A DNA stretch of 64,000 bases from an uncultured Candidatus Rokubacteria bacterium (lineage in GTDB: Bacteria; Methylomirabilota; Methylomirabilia; Rokubacteriales; CSP1-6): positions 256,001-320,000 of the forward strand of contig CAVXJS010000021.1 of NCBI GenBank assembly GCA_963762145.1. The letters are read 5' to 3'. Under the pieces are notes generated by a model. The model had not been told where the DNA came from. It worked only from the letters and a program-made list of their open reading frames with translations, and did no database searches. The first letter of the stretch is position 1. Each line of letters opens with the position of its first letter. The position numbers and the translations under genes are program-made. Of the stretch, positions 28,509 to 37,084 are shown one piece after another.

Positions 28509-29402
28509 CTATCCGTCCCGCCTCGGTCCACGAGCGGCCGCGGCCTCGCGGCGCCCGTCGGCGCTCTGGGTTCCCTCGTCGATCGCTTGCGCCACGCTCA
28601 AGAGGAGCTGCTCCACGCTGCGCGAGATGGTGCGCGGTCGTCCCGCCAGGCTCTCGCGCTCGGCGCGGTTGAAGCAGAAGCGCGCCTCGCCTTCCCGCTG
28701 GGAGGCGCCTACCATCGCGGCGAAGGCGGGCTCGCCCGTCTTCCCGGAGAAGTCGGCGTGGATGACCCGACCGGCCTCGAAGAGGATGCTCCCCTCGCCG
28801 CCCGACAGCGAGAGCAGCAGCTCGCCGGTCTTGACTCCGAGCGAGATGACCTGGGTGAGCTCGGTCAGGTCCATCACGCCGAGCGAGCCCTGGAAGCTGC
28901 TGCGCCCCGGCTCGGCCGCGGCCCTTGCGGCCGGCGCCGCGACGGCGGGAGCGGCCGGGGGCCGCGGCGGCATCTTCGCGGGCCCCTTGGCCGCCACCGG
29001 CGGCTCCGGGCGGCGCACGGGGGCGACGGGGGGCTCCTCTCCGAGCAGCTCCTTGATGCGCGCCATCACGGTGGCCAGGGTGAAGTCGCCGGTGACCGTC
29101 ATGTCCACGCCGGCCTCGGTGGCGGCCAGCGCGATGGGCCGATCGCGACCGGCCAGGAGCAGGAACGGCGTGTCCTTCGTCGCCGGATCGCGCCGCACCA
29201 TCGTGAACAGCTCATAGCCGTCCATGTCCTGCACCTTGGCGTAGCTCACGATCAGGTCGGGCTGCTCCCATTCGAGCATGGTCAGCGCGAACGAGCCGCT
29301 CGTCGCGACCGCCGCTTCGTATCCGGCTTCCGCGAGAGCGTGGGCCAGCGCGACCCGGCTGTCCTGGTTGGCATCCACCACGAGCACCTTGGCGTCGGCC
29401 AT
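28509..29402 (-). CDS. Pseudo-receiver plus DUF4388 (PATAN-like) domain protein
   Basis: REC fold without the phosphoacceptor (LIVSY); C-terminal FQGSLGVMDLTELTQVISLGVKTGEL...GRVIHA...LLL. Confidence 0.82.
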   Translation of the reverse strand: MADAKVLVVDANQDSRVALAHALAEAGYEAAVATSGSFALTMLEWEQPDLIVSYAKVQDMDGYELFTMVRRDPATKDTPFLLLAGRDRPIALAATEAGVDMTVTGDFTLATVMARIKELLGEEPPVAPVRRPEPPVAAKGPAKMPPRPPAAPAVAAPAARAAAEPGRSSFQGSLGVMDLTELTQVISLGVKTGELLLSLSGGEGSILFEAGRVIHADFSGKTGEPAFAAMVGASQREGEARFCFNRAERESLAGRPRTISRSVEQLLLSVAQAIDEGTQSADGRREAAAARGPRRDG

Positions 29403-29405
29403 CGC

Positions 29406-32336
29406 CTACTCCACCAGGCTCCCGCCGTGGGCGGAGCCGGCGACTTCGAGTGCCCGCTCCCCCGAGACGATCGATTCGACGATCCGCACGAAACTCTGCT
29501 CGTCCACCGGCTTCGTGACGTAGTGGCGCACGCCCAGGCGCCGGGCCAGGTCGACGTGCTTCGCGCCGGCGCGCGTCGTCATCACGATCACCGGAACCTC
29601 GCGGGTCGCCGGCCGCCGCCGCAGGTCCTCGATCAGGCCGTACCCGTTGAGCCGCGGCATCTCGAGATCGGTGACGACCACGTCCACGTTCCGCTCCACG
29701 AGCTGCGCGAGCGCGTCCTGGCCGTCGATCGCGGTGACGACCTGGAAGCCGGCCTTCTCCAGCATCTGACCGACGAACTTCCGGATGCTCACCGAATCGT
29801 CCACCAGCATGACGGTGGGCCGACGCTCCGCGGGGTCGAGCGGAGCCGGCTCGCGCACCGGGGCGGCTGGATGCCGCGTCGCCGCCTCGCGCAGAAGGGT
29901 CGGGTCGAGGAGCAGGATCACGCGGCCTTCGCCCGAGATCGTGGCGCCCGAGAACGGACCCACCCCCTCGACCAGCGCGCCCAGGCTCTTGATGACGATC
30001 TCTTCCTTGCCCAGGAGCTCGTCCACCACCACGCCGAAGGGCTTGCCACCACCCCGCATCACCACCACCGGCAGACGCGAGGGCGGCGGAGACGGGACCA
30101 GACCCAGCGCCCGATCGAGGCGGACGAGCTCGATCGTCCGGTCGTCGAGCGACACGGTCTCCCGCCCGCCCGCGACCTGGATCTCGCGCGGCGCGACCGA
30201 CCGCATCGCGCTCACCCCGGTGAGCGGGAACGCCACCGTCTCCGGCCCGCACCGCACCATCAGCGCGTCCGCGATCGCCATCGTGACGGGCAGCTTCAGG
30301 ACGAAGCGCGTCATGCGCCCGGCCTCCGTCTCGACGTGGATCTCTCCGTTGAGCCGGCTGACGTTGGTGCGCACGACGTCGAGGCCGACTCCGCGACCGG
30401 CGGTCTGGGTCACCGAGGACGCGGTGCTGAAGCCCGCCACGAAGATGAGGTTCAGGATCTCGCCCTCGGGCAGCGTGGCCGCCTCGGCCGGGGGCAGGAA
30501 CCCGCGCTCCACCGCGTGCCGCCGCAGCACCTCGGTATCGATCCCGCGCCCGTCGTCCTCCACCACCACCAGGATGAAGCTGCCCTCCTGGGACGCGGAC
30601 AGAGTCACGTGGCCGGCCGCCGCCTTGCCGCGGCTCTCGCGCTCCGGGGCCGGCTCGATGCCGTGCGCCACCGCGTTCTGGATCAGGTGCAGCAACGGGT
30701 CGGCGATCTGCTCGATGATCCCGTTGTCCACCTCCACCGACTCCCCGCGCACCGTGAGGCTCACCGACTTGCCGGTGGCCCGGGCCGTCTCCCGCACCTG
30801 CTGGGCCACCCGCGCGAAGAGCCGGCCGATGGGCACCATGCGCGCGCGCGTGATCTCCTTGCGGAGGGCCGCGGTCAGCCGCTGGATCTGCACCGTGTCT
30901 TCCCGGATGTTGCGCAGGAGGGTCGCGTGCTGGCTCTGCACCTCGGCCACGTCCGCGGACATCTCGGTCACGCTGCGGGCCAGGATATTGATGTCGTCGT
31001 AGCGGTCGAACTCGAGCTCGGCGAAGAGATCGGAGATGTCGCGCAGCTTCCCTGCCGCGTCGCGCTCGGCGCCGCGGCCGTCGCGGGGCATCGTGGGCGC
31101 CTGCTGGCGGAACTCGAAGTCGCGGCCGACCTGGCCGAGGCGCGTGCGGCTGGCGAGGAGCAGATCGCTCACCTGGTCGAGCTGGGCCAGCCGCCGGTCG
31201 AGGCGGCTCCGCGCGATCATCAGCTCCCCCACCAGGTTCATGAGCGTGTCCAGCCGCTCCACCGGCACCCGGATGCTGGGCCCGGAGGTCGCCGCGCTCG
31301 AGGCGCGGAGGGCCGGCCGCGGCAGAGCCTCGAGCCGGGCCAGGAACTCGGGGCGCACGAACGGCGGCAGCTCCAGCGAGGGCGTCCGCGCGAGATCCGG
31401 CGCCTCGGGGGCGACGACCGGATCGGGAGCCTCGACCGCGGGCGGAATGGCCGGGCGCTCGGGCAGGCTCTCCGAGGCCGCCAGGAGGCGCAGGTCGCGC
31501 GTCGCGCGCTCGAGCGCCTCCGCCGCCTCCTCGGACACCGCGGCCCCGGACTGGAGCACCCGCTTGATGGCCGCGGCTCCCGAGAAGATCGCCTCGGTCA
31601 CCGCCGGTGTGGCGGGAAGCCGCTGCTCGCGCAGTACGCCGAGAAGATCCTCGATGTAGTGCGTGGCGTCGCCGAGCGGGGCGCATCCGACCGTGTACGC
31701 CGCGCCCTTGAGCGTGTGAGCGGCCCGGAAAACGGTCGCCAGCGTGTCCTCGTCGCGCGCGCCGCCCTCGATGGCGAGCAGGGCGGTGGTCATCGACTCC
31801 AGGTGCTCGGCGGCCTCGGGCACGAAGTACTCGAGAACCTCGCCGCCCTCGGCGAAGAACCGCCGCAGGTCGGCGAGCAGCGGTGAGATCGGAGCCGGCG
31901 GCAGGGCGATCGCGGGCTCCGGGTCGGGCGCGGCGGCCGGCGAGGCGAAGAACGCGGGATGACGGGACTTGAAGTCCGCGATACGGGCCGAGTCCTCGTT
32001 CCCGACTGCGCTGATGCCGTCGAAGACCTCCTTCAGGAGGTCGACGAGGCCTTCCAGGAAGACGGCCGATCCGACCCGCTCGTCGGCCGACGCGGTCGGG
32101 GCCCGCTCGAGCAGGCGCTCGGTGCCCGCGGCGAGCTCCGAGACGCCGGGGAACCCGTGAAGGGCGGCCGAGCCCTTCAGACGGTGCGCGAAGACGACGA
32201 GTGTCGCGAGAGCCTCCGCGGTCGGATTCTCCGGAGCGGTGAGCAGGCCGAGCTCGTCCTCGATGGCCCCGGCGGTATCCCAGGCCTCCATCAGGAAGAT
32301 GCCCAGCAGCAGCTCGCGCTCGCGACGATCGGCCAT
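29406..32336 (-). CDS. cheA: Hybrid chemosensory histidine kinase (CheA/ChpA-like): 2 HPt, HATPase, CheW, REC
   Basis: AHRLKG and AHTLKG HPt motifs; IRVPVERLD.LMNLVGEL; NAVAHG, DDGRG, GFST, GRGVGLDVV; C-terminal DD...TDLEMP...KP. Confidence 0.95.
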   Translation of the reverse strand: MADRRERELLLGIFLMEAWDTAGAIEDELGLLTAPENPTAEALATLVVFAHRLKGSAALHGFPGVSELAAGTERLLERAPTASADERVGSAVFLEGLVDLLKEVFDGISAVGNEDSARIADFKSRHPAFFASPAAAPDPEPAIALPPAPISPLLADLRRFFAEGGEVLEYFVPEAAEHLESMTTALLAIEGGARDEDTLATVFRAAHTLKGAAYTVGCAPLGDATHYIEDLLGVLREQRLPATPAVTEAIFSGAAAIKRVLQSGAAVSEEAAEALERATRDLRLLAASESLPERPAIPPAVEAPDPVVAPEAPDLARTPSLELPPFVRPEFLARLEALPRPALRASSAATSGPSIRVPVERLDTLMNLVGELMIARSRLDRRLAQLDQVSDLLLASRTRLGQVGRDFEFRQQAPTMPRDGRGAERDAAGKLRDISDLFAELEFDRYDDINILARSVTEMSADVAEVQSQHATLLRNIREDTVQIQRLTAALRKEITRARMVPIGRLFARVAQQVRETARATGKSVSLTVRGESVEVDNGIIEQIADPLLHLIQNAVAHGIEPAPERESRGKAAAGHVTLSASQEGSFILVVVEDDGRGIDTEVLRRHAVERGFLPPAEAATLPEGEILNLIFVAGFSTASSVTQTAGRGVGLDVVRTNVSRLNGEIHVETEAGRMTRFVLKLPVTMAIADALMVRCGPETVAFPLTGVSAMRSVAPREIQVAGGRETVSLDDRTIELVRLDRALGLVPSPPPSRLPVVVMRGGGKPFGVVVDELLGKEEIVIKSLGALVEGVGPFSGATISGEGRVILLLDPTLLREAATRHPAAPVREPAPLDPAERRPTVMLVDDSVSIRKFVGQMLEKAGFQVVTAIDGQDALAQLVERNVDVVVTDLEMPRLNGYGLIEDLRRRPATREVPVIVMTTRAGAKHVDLARRLGVRHYVTKPVDEQSFVRIVESIVSGERALEVAGSAHGGSLVE

Positions 32337-32340
32337 CGGG

Positions 32341-34207
32341 TCAGCTCGCCAGCTTGAAGCGGGATAGCTTGGCGGTCAGCTCTTCCGCCAGGTGGGCCAG
32401 CTGCTCGACGTTCTTCCGGCTCTGCTGCACGCCCTGCTCGGCCTTCACCGCCGCGCCCGCAATCGCCTGCACCGCCCCCGCGGCGGCCTCGGCGCCCCGG
32501 ACCTGCGTCTGCGAGGCGTGGGAGATCTCGGCCGCGAGCTCGGCGGACGTCTGCGAGATCTTCCCGATCTCCTGGAGGGCCTCCTCCGCCTTGAGACTCA
32601 CCTCGTACCCGGACTCGACCTCCCGGGTGCCGGCCTCCATCGCCACCACCGCCTCCTGGGTCTCCACCTGCACGCCCTTGATGAGCGTGCCGATGTCCCG
32701 GGTGGCCTGGGTGGCCCGCTCGGCCAGCTTGCGCACCTCGTCGGCCACGACCGAGAACCGCAGCCCCGCCTCGCCCGCACCCGCCGCTTCGATCGAAGCG
32801 TTCAGGGCGAGCAGGTGCGTCTGGGCCGCGATGTCCTGGATGGTGTTCACGATATTCGAGATCTCGAGCGAGCGGTCGCCGAGGGACTTGATCTTCTTGG
32901 AGATCGTCTGCACCTCGGCCCGGATCTGCTGCATGCTCGCCAGGCTGTTGCGTACCGCTCCCTCGCCCTTGCTCGCGGCCTGGAGCACCTGGCGTGCCGC
33001 CTTCGCGCTCTGGTCGGCACTGTCCGCGACCTGGCGCACCGAGACCGTCACGTCCGCCACCGAGCGGGTCACGCTCACCGCGTCGCGGGTCTGGGCCTGC
33101 GCCGCCTCCGCGAGCTCGCCGGTGATGCGGATGGTGTCCTGCGAGCCCGAGGCCACGCGGAGGGCGGCCTGCCGCACGTCGCCGACGACCGAGGAGATCT
33201 CCTCGACCATCAGGTTGATCGCGTCCACCACGTTGCCGAGCACGTCCCAGCTCACCTCGCCGCGCCGGGTGAGGTCGCCCTTGCCGATCTCCACCACCGT
33301 GTCGAGGAACGTGATGATGTTCTGCTGCAGGTCCTCGCGCTTGCGGCGCTCCTCGTCGCGGTCGGTCTCGGTCTGGACCAGCGAGCGGAGCCGCACGATG
33401 GACTCGTTGAAGGTGACCGCCATCTGACCGATCTCGTCGCGCGACGTGACCGGCACCAGCTGGGAGAGGTCGCCCCGGCCCACGCGCTCGGCCACGCTCA
33501 CGAGGGCATTGACCGGACGCGTGATGCGCTGGGCGAAGATCACGCCCGCGAGCACCGCGACCGCCGCGATCCCCCCCAGCACCAGGAGCAGGAAGTTGCC
33601 GGCCCCGACCGCCGCGGTGCGGATGATCGACTTGTCCATGCCCACCCGCACGGTCCCGAGGCGGCCGCCCAGCATGGGCACGCCAATGTCGATGATCTCG
33701 CGCTCGCTCCCGCCGCGGGGATCGGAGATAGGTGAGCTCCTGGACCTGCGGCCGGGAGGCCTGCCCCGGCACCACGTTCTTCTCGATGATGCCCTTGGGC
33801 ACCACCGGGGCGAAGGTGTGGGCCACGAGTGCGCGCTGGGGATCGTAGACCATGACGTAGGCCACGCCGGAGATCTTGGCGAACTCGTCCACCTGGGCCT
33901 GCACGGTGGATGCGTCACGATTGACCACGAGGTCCGCCGCGGAGCTCGACAGGCTGTTGGCGATGGCGCTGCCCTTGTCGGTGAACTCGCGGGTGAGATT
34001 CTCCTGCAGCGACCGATAGGCGATGGTCCAGCTCGCGATCGCCACCGGCAGCAGGACCAGCACGAGGAAGATGGTGATCTTGCCCAGCAGGCCGAACCGC
34101 GCCCGGGAGACCGGAACGGGTGCGGCCTCGACGGGGGATCCCTCCGCGCCCTTCCTCGACCCGTGCCTTCTCCAGCCTCGCTTCAAGCCGTCCATGCCCA
34201 TGTTCAT
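32341..34207 (-). CDS. Methyl-accepting chemotaxis protein (PilJ-like), with one frameshift near 33727
   Basis: TM-periplasmic domain in one frame; TM-HAMP (SRDEIGQMA..FN) and QTHLLALNASIEAA...FSVVADEVRKLAE in another; removing 1 nt joins ELTY to SDPRGG. Confidence 0.9.
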
Positions 34208-35454
34208 GCCTTGACCGCGGCGGCCCAGTCGGCGACCGGCACCCAGCGATCGCCCTCGACCCGCGTGAAGTAGACGCTGTCCAGCCCCTGGTGCCGCTCG
34301 GCGCTGAAGGTGAGCGGCGCGCCGATTCCGAGGTCGAGGCCGCGGAGCGATTCCAGCGCCTGCCGGAAGGACGGCCGCCCCGCGTTGGACCCCGCCCGAC
34401 GCAACGCCTCGACGATCACCCGCGCGTTCACGTATCCCTCGAGGCTGATGAAGCTGTACTTCTGCGGCGCGTAGGCGGCGTCGCGAAGTGCCTCGGGCAC
34501 CTGCGGGTTTTGCTTGTCCATGAGGGCCCGGTACTCGAGGACGCCCGGCAGCACGGTATCGTCGTAGCTCGGCACCACCTGGGAGTTGATCAGCGCGCGC
34601 GTGTAGTCACGGCCCTTCGCGCGACCGTGCTTGGCCAGCAGGCCGAGCATGGCGTCCGATCCCACGAACGAGACGTTGGAGATCGGCGCGGTCCAGCCCG
34701 CGTCGCGCGCGGAACGCACGAAGGCAGCGCAGCCCTGGTAGGCCCCGGTGCAGAGCACGACCTCGCTGCCCGCCTCGCGGAGGGCCTGGACCGCGATCGT
34801 CATGTCCTCCTCGAACTTGGCGTTGCGGACGTAGGTGGCCTCCGCCACGATCTTGGCGTTGCGCGCGGCGAGGGCCCGAGCGACCCCGTCGGTCCCGCTG
34901 CGCCCGTAGGCGTCGATCTGGTAGTACACGCCGAAGCGCCGCGCCCCCGCCTGCCAGAAGCGCTCCACCAGCGCCGACATCTCCTGGCGATAGGAGGCTC
35001 GGACGTTGAAGACCTGATCGACGTAGGGAGTCTCGCGCTGGGGCTGAGCGCCGGTGAAGTTGCCTACCAGGACCACGCCCTGATCCGCGTACTGCTTGAT
35101 CACGGGCAGCGCGCGCGTGAGGGTCGGCGTGCCCACGTAGTTCGAGAGCAGGAACACCTTCTCTCGGTCCAGCAGCTGGATAGTGTTGCGGATGCACGGG
35201 TCCGGGTTGTAGCCGTCGTCGAGCGCGACCACCGTGATCTGCCGCCCGAAGAGGCCGCCGCGCGCGTTGATCTCACTGTAGTAGGCCTGCGCGCCCCGGT
35301 AGAGCTCGCTGCCGAGGCCCGCCGCGGCGCCCCGGAACGCCGCGCTCATGCCGATCCGGATCTCGCCCGCCTGGGCCCGCGCTGCGGTCCGCGGCAGCAC
35401 GACACTCGCGAGGCCGGTCGAGAGGACGCTGCCGATGAAGCCTCTCCGGTTCAC
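34204..35454 (-). CDS. Tat-exported periplasmic binding protein (type I, Liv-like), with no permease genes
   Basis: NRRGFI twin-arginine signal, IRIGMSA, LDDGYNP, VGTPT, FNVRASY, SLEGY. Confidence 0.85.
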   Translation of the reverse strand: MNRRGFIGSVLSTGLASVVLPRTAARAQAGEIRIGMSAAFRGAAAGLGSELYRGAQAYYSEINARGGLFGRQITVVALDDGYNPDPCIRNTIQLLDREKVFLLSNYVGTPTLTRALPVIKQYADQGVVLVGNFTGAQPQRETPYVDQVFNVRASYRQEMSALVERFWQAGARRFGVYYQIDAYGRSGTDGVARALAARNAKIVAEATYVRNAKFEEDMTIAVQALREAGSEVVLCTGAYQGCAAFVRSARDAGWTAPISNVSFVGSDAMLGLLAKHGRAKGRDYTRALINSQVVPSYDDTVLPGVLEYRALMDKQNPQVPEALRDAAYAPQKYSFISLEGYVNARVIVEALRRAGSNAGRPSFRQALESLRGLDLGIGAPLTFSAERHQGLDSVYFTRVEGDRWVPVADWAAAVKA

Positions 35455-35966
35455 GCGGATACCTCCTGCGCGATCGTCGAAGTCGAGGGTCGAAGGGCGG
35501 CCAGGATCTTCGGAACGTCGAGCAGCGGCACGGTCTCCCCGGCCCAGTGGATCCAGCCCGCCATCACCGGACGGGGTCCCGACATCCGCGCGGCGGTCGG
35601 GCTGTCGACCGGCGCCACGTCCTCGTAGGGCTCGAGCCCGAGCACGGTGTCCACGACCAGCGCGGCCTGCACGGCGCCGTCGCGCACCACCAGCGTGCGG
35701 AGGGTACGACCGGGGCGGGCGTCCGCCAGTCCCAGCAGGTCCCGGACATCGACGATCGGCATCACGGTGCCCCGGAGGTTCGCCACGCCGACCAGATGCC
35801 GGGGGGCGCGGGGGACCGCGGTGAACTCGTCGAAGAGCACGACTTCTCGGGCGCTCCGGACGTCCACCGCGAAACGGGCCCCGGCCAGCGCGAACAGGCA
35901 GGCGCGCGGCGCCGGAGGGGCGTCCGGAGCAGCCGGCAGGACGGGGATCACGGGAGTCGGCGTCAT
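35451..35966 (-). CDS. cheW: CheW adaptor (PilI-like)
   Basis: VPRAPRHLVGVANLRGTVMPIVD, ALVVDTV, LLDV. Confidence 0.92.
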   Translation of the reverse strand: MTPTPVIPVLPAAPDAPPAPRACLFALAGARFAVDVRSAREVVLFDEFTAVPRAPRHLVGVANLRGTVMPIVDVRDLLGLADARPGRTLRTLVVRDGAVQAALVVDTVLGLEPYEDVAPVDSPTAARMSGPRPVMAGWIHWAGETVPLLDVPKILAALRPSTSTIAQEVSA

Positions 35967-35970
35967 CGCG

Positions 35971-36333
35971 CTATTTCACGAACTGGCGCACCATGCCGAG
36001 AAGCTGGTCCGCGGTGAAAGGCTTGGCCAGGTAGTCCGCGGCGCCCTGTCGCTGCCCCCACAGGCGATCGCTCTCCTGATTCTTGGAGCTCACGAACACC
36101 ACCGGGGTGTCCTTGGTGCGGGGGTCGCGCCGGAGCCCGCGCAGCACCTCGTAGCCGTTGCGCTTGGGCATCACGATGTCCAGGAGCAGCAGGTCCGGCC
36201 GCTCCTCCACGACCCGATCCTCCAGGAGCTCGCCGTGATCGTACGACACCACCTGATGCCCGGCCGCCTTGAGGATGCCCTCGATCAGTTTCAGCTCTGA
36301 CACGGCGTCATCGACAACCATCACTTTGCCCAC
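35971..36333 (-). CDS. Single-domain response regulator (CheY/PilH-like)
   Basis: GTG start after GAGGAGG; VVDD...LLDIVMP..NGY...SSK..ESDRLWG.RQGA..YLAKPF. Confidence 0.92.
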   Translation of the reverse strand: MGKVMVVDDAVSELKLIEGILKAAGHQVVSYDHGELLEDRVVEERPDLLLLDIVMPKRNGYEVLRGLRRDPRTKDTPVVFVSSKNQESDRLWGQRQGAADYLAKPFTADQLLGMVRQFVK

Positions 36334-36393
36334 GAAGCGACCCTCCTCGACTGCGAGTGCACCTGGCCATAGCTTTTCGGGGGGTTCATCTAC

Positions 36394-36409
36394 TGCAAAC
36401 CCCCTACCA
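36394..36409 (-). promoter_or_regulatory. Putative sigma-54 promoter of the chemosensory-Mgl-PilB gene string
   Basis: Minus strand TGGTAGGGGGTTTGCA = GG-N10-GC with TTGCA, ~60 nt upstream of the first gene. Confidence 0.55.
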
Positions 36410-36746
36410 ACCGATGTTTTCCGCCGTCTTGGGCGCCGTTCAGCACTCGTCCGGGTCAATGCCGTGGATTCAAGGCTTTCCGGCCCTCCGGGGTCGTTTT
36501 GGGGACCGCCGTGGCAGGGTGACACCGGGCGGACGTCCGGTAGGTGACGCCTACTGTCAGAAGGACTGCCCCGAACCGTCGGCTGGACTGCCCAGTCCGC
36601 CGGGCACGGGCCGTCCTCCGGGCCCGGGGCCGGGGGTCAACTTGCGATGATGGGGGGGCTATGCTAGCGTGGCGGTGCGTTTTTTATGGAACTCTCACCC
36701 GCTGTCCCGCACCAGTCCTGCCCGACCATAAGGAGACCTTGGATCA

Positions 36747-37073
36747 ATGTCCGATAGCACGCTCCATCTCACCGAGGCCAGCTTCGATACGGAACTGGGC
36801 AAGCATGCCGAGCTGCTGATGGTGGACTTCTGGGCCGAGTGGTGCGCCCCCTGCCGCGCGATCGCCCCCACGCTCGAAGAGCTGGTGCGGGAAGGAAACG
36901 GCTCGGTGACCCTCGCGAAGGTGAACGTGGACGAGCAGCCGGCCCTGGCGGCTCGCTACGGGATCCGTTCCATCCCGACGATCCTGTTCGTCAAGGGCGG
37001 CAAGGTGATGGACCAGGTGATCGGCGCGGTTCCGAAGGCGCAGCTCAAGAAGAAGCTGGACGCGAACGCCTGA
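36747..37073 (+). CDS. trxA: Thioredoxin
   Basis: DFWAEWCAPC, IRSIPT; AAGGAG Shine-Dalgarno. Confidence 0.97.
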   Translation: MSDSTLHLTEASFDTELGKHAELLMVDFWAEWCAPCRAIAPTLEELVREGNGSVTLAKVNVDEQPALAARYGIRSIPTILFVKGGKVMDQVIGAVPKAQLKKKLDANA

Positions 37074-37084
37074 GCGGCTCATCC

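Noticed and set aside
27660-31886. 1408-aa plus-strand ORF
   Set aside because: Antisense shadow of cheA and the two receiver genes; no recognisable motifs; long stop-free antisense frames are expected at this GC content
36334-36746. c-di-GMP riboswitch upstream of the chemosensory genes
   Set aside because: Could not identify the GEMM two-hairpin consensus by eye; an Rfam/Infernal search would be needed
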